NCBI RefSeq assembly: GCF_000012285.1
Contig: NC_007181.1
Span: 2,193,960 to 2,225,959 of the forward strand
Length of the DNA: 32,000 bases
Direction: 5' to 3'
From: Sulfolobus acidocaldarius DSM 639
GTDB lineage: Archaea; Thermoproteota; Thermoprotei_A; Sulfolobales; Sulfolobaceae
In this document: positions 27,080 to 32,000 of the stretch, piece by piece
Layout: every line of letters starts with the position of its first letter
Position numbering within the stretch: the stretch's first letter is position 1
Program-made: the position numbers and the translations under genes
Notes under the pieces: generated by a model
Told to the model about the DNA's origin: nothing
The model's database searches: none
The model's input: the letters and a program-made list of their open reading frames with translations, nothing else

Positions 27080-30000
27080 CTAAATCTTCTTATTTCTCTC
27101 GAGGACTAGTAGCACAATCAAAGGAATTAATGAAATAATTGATGCTATCGCCTCAATGGTCAAAGCCGAAATACCGGTCTGCGAGCCATTATTCAATGGA
27201 GCAGAGGTAAAGGTCACTAAGTTCTGTCCCTGGTATGTGCTAACATTTGCATATGTAAACACTTTTGAATTTAGAAGAGAAAGGTTGTATACTTCAGTAT
27301 TTATCAGAACTATAGATGAGTTTATAGCCGTGAGATTCTTCACTACTGAATTCATAAGAACAACGTGCTCGTTCTTAAAGAATGCATTTTCTATGTATAG
27401 ACCTACAGCGTTAGTACCATTAAAGAATTTCACATAAACGTAGGGCATCACCGTCAACTCCAGTCCACTGGAACTCGGAAAAGCCTCTAATGTGGAGTAG
27501 TCAACCGAAGTATTCACAGGGACTACACTCCCATCAGCAGATATACCAACTATATATACATACCATAAACCTGATATCAAGTTATATGGAAGACCTGAAC
27601 TCTGGGATGGAATTGTGAAATCACCTATCCAGTAGCTCCCGTTAAAATGAAGAGGTACAATGTAGTATATACCAGAAGAGGGGTTACCAATAGAGTATGA
27701 TGGTGTAAGTATAGCAGAAAATGATCCTAGAGTTACCTTCGAATCGTTTATGCTATTCTGTATTAAAGCTCTTACTTGTATTGTCTCGTTTTCAAAAGCC
27801 ACACTATTAACATAACTTAAGACGCTCAGTCCGTTATTGCTAACATATATTTGTGTATAACCAACTCCAAATGAGCTATAACTCCCGTTACTATACTTGG
27901 CTATAGCCTCTACAGTATAATATCCAGATGAGAGGTTTAGAGGAACTTGTATTTTACTGATATAGTAGGAAGAGGATGATATTGGAACTGCATTAACATT
28001 AGTGCTGTAATAGGTTAATCCGTTCTTAATGAAATTAACAGTTATGTTAGGATACCCTAAGCCTAATTCATAAATATATAATGTTAAACTTCCCCCAACA
28101 TATGCACTGATAGGCTCAGCCAATGTGTTTGGCAATAATATTGGAATTACGTAAAATCCCAACACAAACTCGTCTAGCCCAATAGCATTATTTACAGTAA
28201 GAACCCAGACTCCTCCAAAATTATTAAAACTTGAGAAGTTGAGGTATCCTTCCAGTAAGTTTTCCGTTGCATTAACCCTTATACCTAATTGTGAAGTATT
28301 GACAATTTTCTGATTTACTAAATTAATTGTAAAAGCCTTTGCCAAGTGTCCGGTAAGTTGATTTTCATTATAAACTTCTAGGGAAAAGCCCCTTGCAGAT
28401 GAAATTGGTGTTCCGTTAGGATATGTTATCAGTGCTATCACAGGAATGTTTCCAGGAATTGGATAAACTGCAACTAATGGGAATAGAAATATAGCCTGAT
28501 ATCCATATATTACATACGAGAACCCATAAAGACCATTGTAGCTTGCTACAATCTCGTATATCCCAGATCTGGTATAATTGAAATATCCAACATAATAGCT
28601 ACCGTTATAAGATAACGTAATGGATGAGACAATGTTAGTTCCATTAAATACGTTGGCATATATGTCTAAAGGCATCTGTTGCCCACTAACTCCTGTTAAC
28701 TGAGCTATAACCTTGACTTTTTCTCCTGGGACTGCAGTGAAATTCTGTAAACCTAGAGCTAAAGATGACTTTGGTATACTAATTAATTTAATGAAATATC
28801 CTGCGTTTATGTAGCCTAAACCTGTTACCAGATTGTAAGAGGAGTTTGCAGTATATCCGCCATTATAACCAAAACTAATCTTTCCTAGTGCTGGAGTGTT
28901 AGATATATTGTATATTAGTGGATTTATGAACCCTAGCCGACCTTTTACTTGAACAGTTAGTGCTAGGATACCAGATACTATCGGAGATGCCACAGACGTA
29001 CCGCCTACAATTACAGTTTCATTGTTTACATAAACGACCTTAACTCCAGTATAGGGATCAGCTAAAGCTGCTACATCAGGGACTTTTCTAAAGCCTGATA
29101 ATGACTGATAATATGGTGATGGAAACAGTGAGCTGTATCCGCCTGTACTACTACCTAAAATACTTTGTCCACTCCATGCTGTCTGATAGGTTTGGTTATA
29201 AGAGGCAAACAGACTAGTTCCGCCTACAGCTAACACATAGGGAATTGACGCTGGAACCAACTGGGATCCCATAGGACTAAGATAGAAGTTATATCCTGTA
29301 GCTCCAGCATCTCCACTTGAAGCCACAAAGGTTATCCCTAAAGCCTCACCCAACCAGTATTCATACATTATCGACTGTAGATATGAAAGAGGAAGCTCAC
29401 CTGTTAGAAAGTAAATTTCAGGTATCCCAAAACTTTGAGAGAGAACTGCAACTTGATTATCTTGAACTATATTGGCTAAAATTTCAGGAAGGGCTAGGTT
29501 AGAATTTGCAACATATAGCACAATCCCTGCACTGGGAGCTATGGAATGGGCGTACTCAACATCTAATGAGGCTTCCAGTGCCCAGCCTGATTGTATACCA
29601 TCATTAGGGTTATAGGGACCTATAGGAACAATATCCAAAAATGGAGGAGAGGTTATATTGTATAACTGGTCAAAAGTACTAAGTTCTTGTTGTATGTAAG
29701 GATTACCGTCAAAGACTAGGATTCCTATATTTACTCCTTTTCCTGTTATACCATTATCCAGTAAATATGAAACATTATACGCTGTTCTAATATCATTTGG
29801 CGTACTAATGGAGTAGCCCTGTAGTTGCTCTTGGGTCAGATTTATCATATTCATGGGTTTTTCAACAAGCGTATTTGTTATATTACTAGATATTACTAAA
29901 CCGGGTATGCCACTTCCCGAGAGAAAATAGTAGACCGTTTTGCCTAGGAATCTTGTAATGATATATTGACCTTTAAACAGTTTCTCAACTAGATAGGGAG

Positions 30001-30304
30001 ATGCTTGAAAAGATATGACATTGAGAGTTACGTTGGGCTGTATCCCGTTGTCCTTAAGTAGATCTACCAACTGCGAGATCTTGTTAGACGGTATAAATAG
30101 TGAATATAACTCATCTTCGTTCAGGACTTTATGTTGCTGTATATAAATTTGTAATAATTCAAGGTTTTTAGGTGGGACGACTATACTGACACTAACATAA
30201 CTAGGTAAAGCGTTAGTCGTTTGACTATAGTTGGTAGGATAACCTAAGTATAAGCCCAAACCTGACGATAAGATAATCAATAAAACTAGGAAATAGGATA
30301 TCAT
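27080..30304 (-). CDS. membrane-anchored sedolisin (peptidase S53) with pro-kumamolisin-like propeptide and long beta-rich C-terminal extension
   Basis: N-terminal signal/anchor helix. Sedolisin motifs WALEASLDVEYAHSIAP (Glu/Asp), SSGDAGA (oxyanion Asp) and GGTSVASP (Ser nucleophile). About 550 further residues rich in N-x-S/T sequons. C-terminal TM IISLIPLIVLLVL followed by ERNKKI. Confidence 0.85.
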   Translation of the reverse strand: MISYFLVLLIILSSGLGLYLGYPTNYSQTTNALPSYVSVSIVVPPKNLELLQIYIQQHKVLNEDELYSLFIPSNKISQLVDLLKDNGIQPNVTLNVISFQASPYLVEKLFKGQYIITRFLGKTVYYFLSGSGIPGLVISSNITNTLVEKPMNMINLTQEQLQGYSISTPNDIRTAYNVSYLLDNGITGKGVNIGILVFDGNPYIQQELSTFDQLYNITSPPFLDIVPIGPYNPNDGIQSGWALEASLDVEYAHSIAPSAGIVLYVANSNLALPEILANIVQDNQVAVLSQSFGIPEIYFLTGELPLSYLQSIMYEYWLGEALGITFVASSGDAGATGYNFYLSPMGSQLVPASIPYVLAVGGTSLFASYNQTYQTAWSGQSILGSSTGGYSSLFPSPYYQSLSGFRKVPDVAALADPYTGVKVVYVNNETVIVGGTSVASPIVSGILALTVQVKGRLGFINPLIYNISNTPALGKISFGYNGGYTANSSYNLVTGLGYINAGYFIKLISIPKSSLALGLQNFTAVPGEKVKVIAQLTGVSGQQMPLDIYANVFNGTNIVSSITLSYNGSYYVGYFNYTRSGIYEIVASYNGLYGFSYVIYGYQAIFLFPLVAVYPIPGNIPVIALITYPNGTPISSARGFSLEVYNENQLTGHLAKAFTINLVNQKIVNTSQLGIRVNATENLLEGYLNFSSFNNFGGVWVLTVNNAIGLDEFVLGFYVIPILLPNTLAEPISAYVGGSLTLYIYELGLGYPNITVNFIKNGLTYYSTNVNAVPISSSSYYISKIQVPLNLSSGYYTVEAIAKYSNGSYSSFGVGYTQIYVSNNGLSVLSYVNSVAFENETIQVRALIQNSINDSKVTLGSFSAILTPSYSIGNPSSGIYYIVPLHFNGSYWIGDFTIPSQSSGLPYNLISGLWYVYIVGISADGSVVPVNTSVDYSTLEAFPSSSGLELTVMPYVYVKFFNGTNAVGLYIENAFFKNEHVVLMNSVVKNLTAINSSIVLINTEVYNLSLLNSKVFTYANVSTYQGQNLVTFTSAPLNNGSQTGISALTIEAIASIISLIPLIVLLVLERNKKI

Positions 30305-30439
30305 TGATGTGTTGTAAAAACGTAGTTATATAAACTTTATCGAGTTTTCTTCACACATACTTTGAGACTGAAAAATAAGGGATTAGTCATGATAAACTAC
30401 ATCTAAAAGATTAAAAGGATATGCGTTGAACTATTGGTC

Positions 30440-31669
<1,230 letters not shown>

Positions 31670-31673
31670 TTAG

Positions 31674-31992
31674 AGTATATTTCTTTTGTTTCATCTTATT
31701 TTTTTCCCTAACCTTAAAATACACACAGTATATTTCAATTGATTTCAGTGAAACACGAAATCTACACCAGCTTTTCCCTCTTCATCTATATACAAAACTT
31801 TAATTTGCGTATATATTTGAAGTTCGATGGAAACGGGTGAAATTCACACTCTGTGTCTCTGATAATTATACAATACGATAAGTTGGTATTATATACTCGA
31901 TTTTTTACATACAAAAAATATAGTGTAACATGAAATTATTACATCTGTGAGAAAATAGGGAACTTTATCACTAGAAACAAAAGAAATATACT
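31674..31992. repeat. perfect 19-bp inverted repeat pair bracketing a 281-bp AT-rich spacer
   Basis: AGTATATTTCTTTTGTTTC at 31674-31692 is the exact reverse complement of GAAACAAAAGAAATATACT at 31974-31992. A 10-nt direct partial copy (AGTATATTTC) lies at 31727-31736. Confidence 0.85.
31681..31705 (+). terminator. T-rich terminator region after icd
   Basis: TTCTTTTGTTTCATCTTATTTTTTT begins 12 nt after the stop codon, with a T7 run at 31699-31705. Confidence 0.45.
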
Positions 31993-32000
31993 GCAAAACC

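Overview
AT-rich, densely packed segment that reads as core chromosome of a Sulfolobus-type crenarchaeon. From memory I recognise the 1424-aa and 475-aa proteins as the S. acidocaldarius S-layer pair SlaA/SlaB; I cannot verify this without a database. The slaA-slaB operon (4440-10212, minus strand) dominates the window. A divergently transcribed 646-aa glycoprotein-like membrane-anchored protein lies next to it. The rest is mostly housekeeping: PadR regulator, ThiN, tRNA-Ala(CGC), tRNA-Pro(CGG), NAC, a beta-CASP RNase (aCPSF2-like) translationally coupled to the free-standing ThrRS editing subunit, GlmS, mevalonate kinase, a sugar-phosphate nucleotidyltransferase, a malonyl-CoA reductase/ASD-family dehydrogenase, a SAM methyltransferase, an ornithine cyclodeaminase-family protein, a PduO-type corrinoid adenosyltransferase, a 1074-aa membrane-anchored sedolisin (S53) protease and isocitrate dehydrogenase. 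I see no CRISPR array, IS element, integrase or recognisable defence island, so I do not claim a new multi-gene system. Features the ORF track does not explain: (1) one canonical C/D-box sRNA on the minus strand at 23155-23209, whose D box overlaps the Shine-Dalgarno sequence of the next gene; (2) three directly abutting C/D-box-like units at 2933-3081 with fused CUGA|UGAUGA junctions; (3) a perfect 19-bp inverted repeat bracketing about 320 bp just after icd; (4) a periodic direct-repeat array plus hairpin upstream of slaA; (5) the SlaB-like domain and anchor architecture of the 646-aa protein. All functional calls come from motif recognition by eye. Alternative start codons are noted where relevant.
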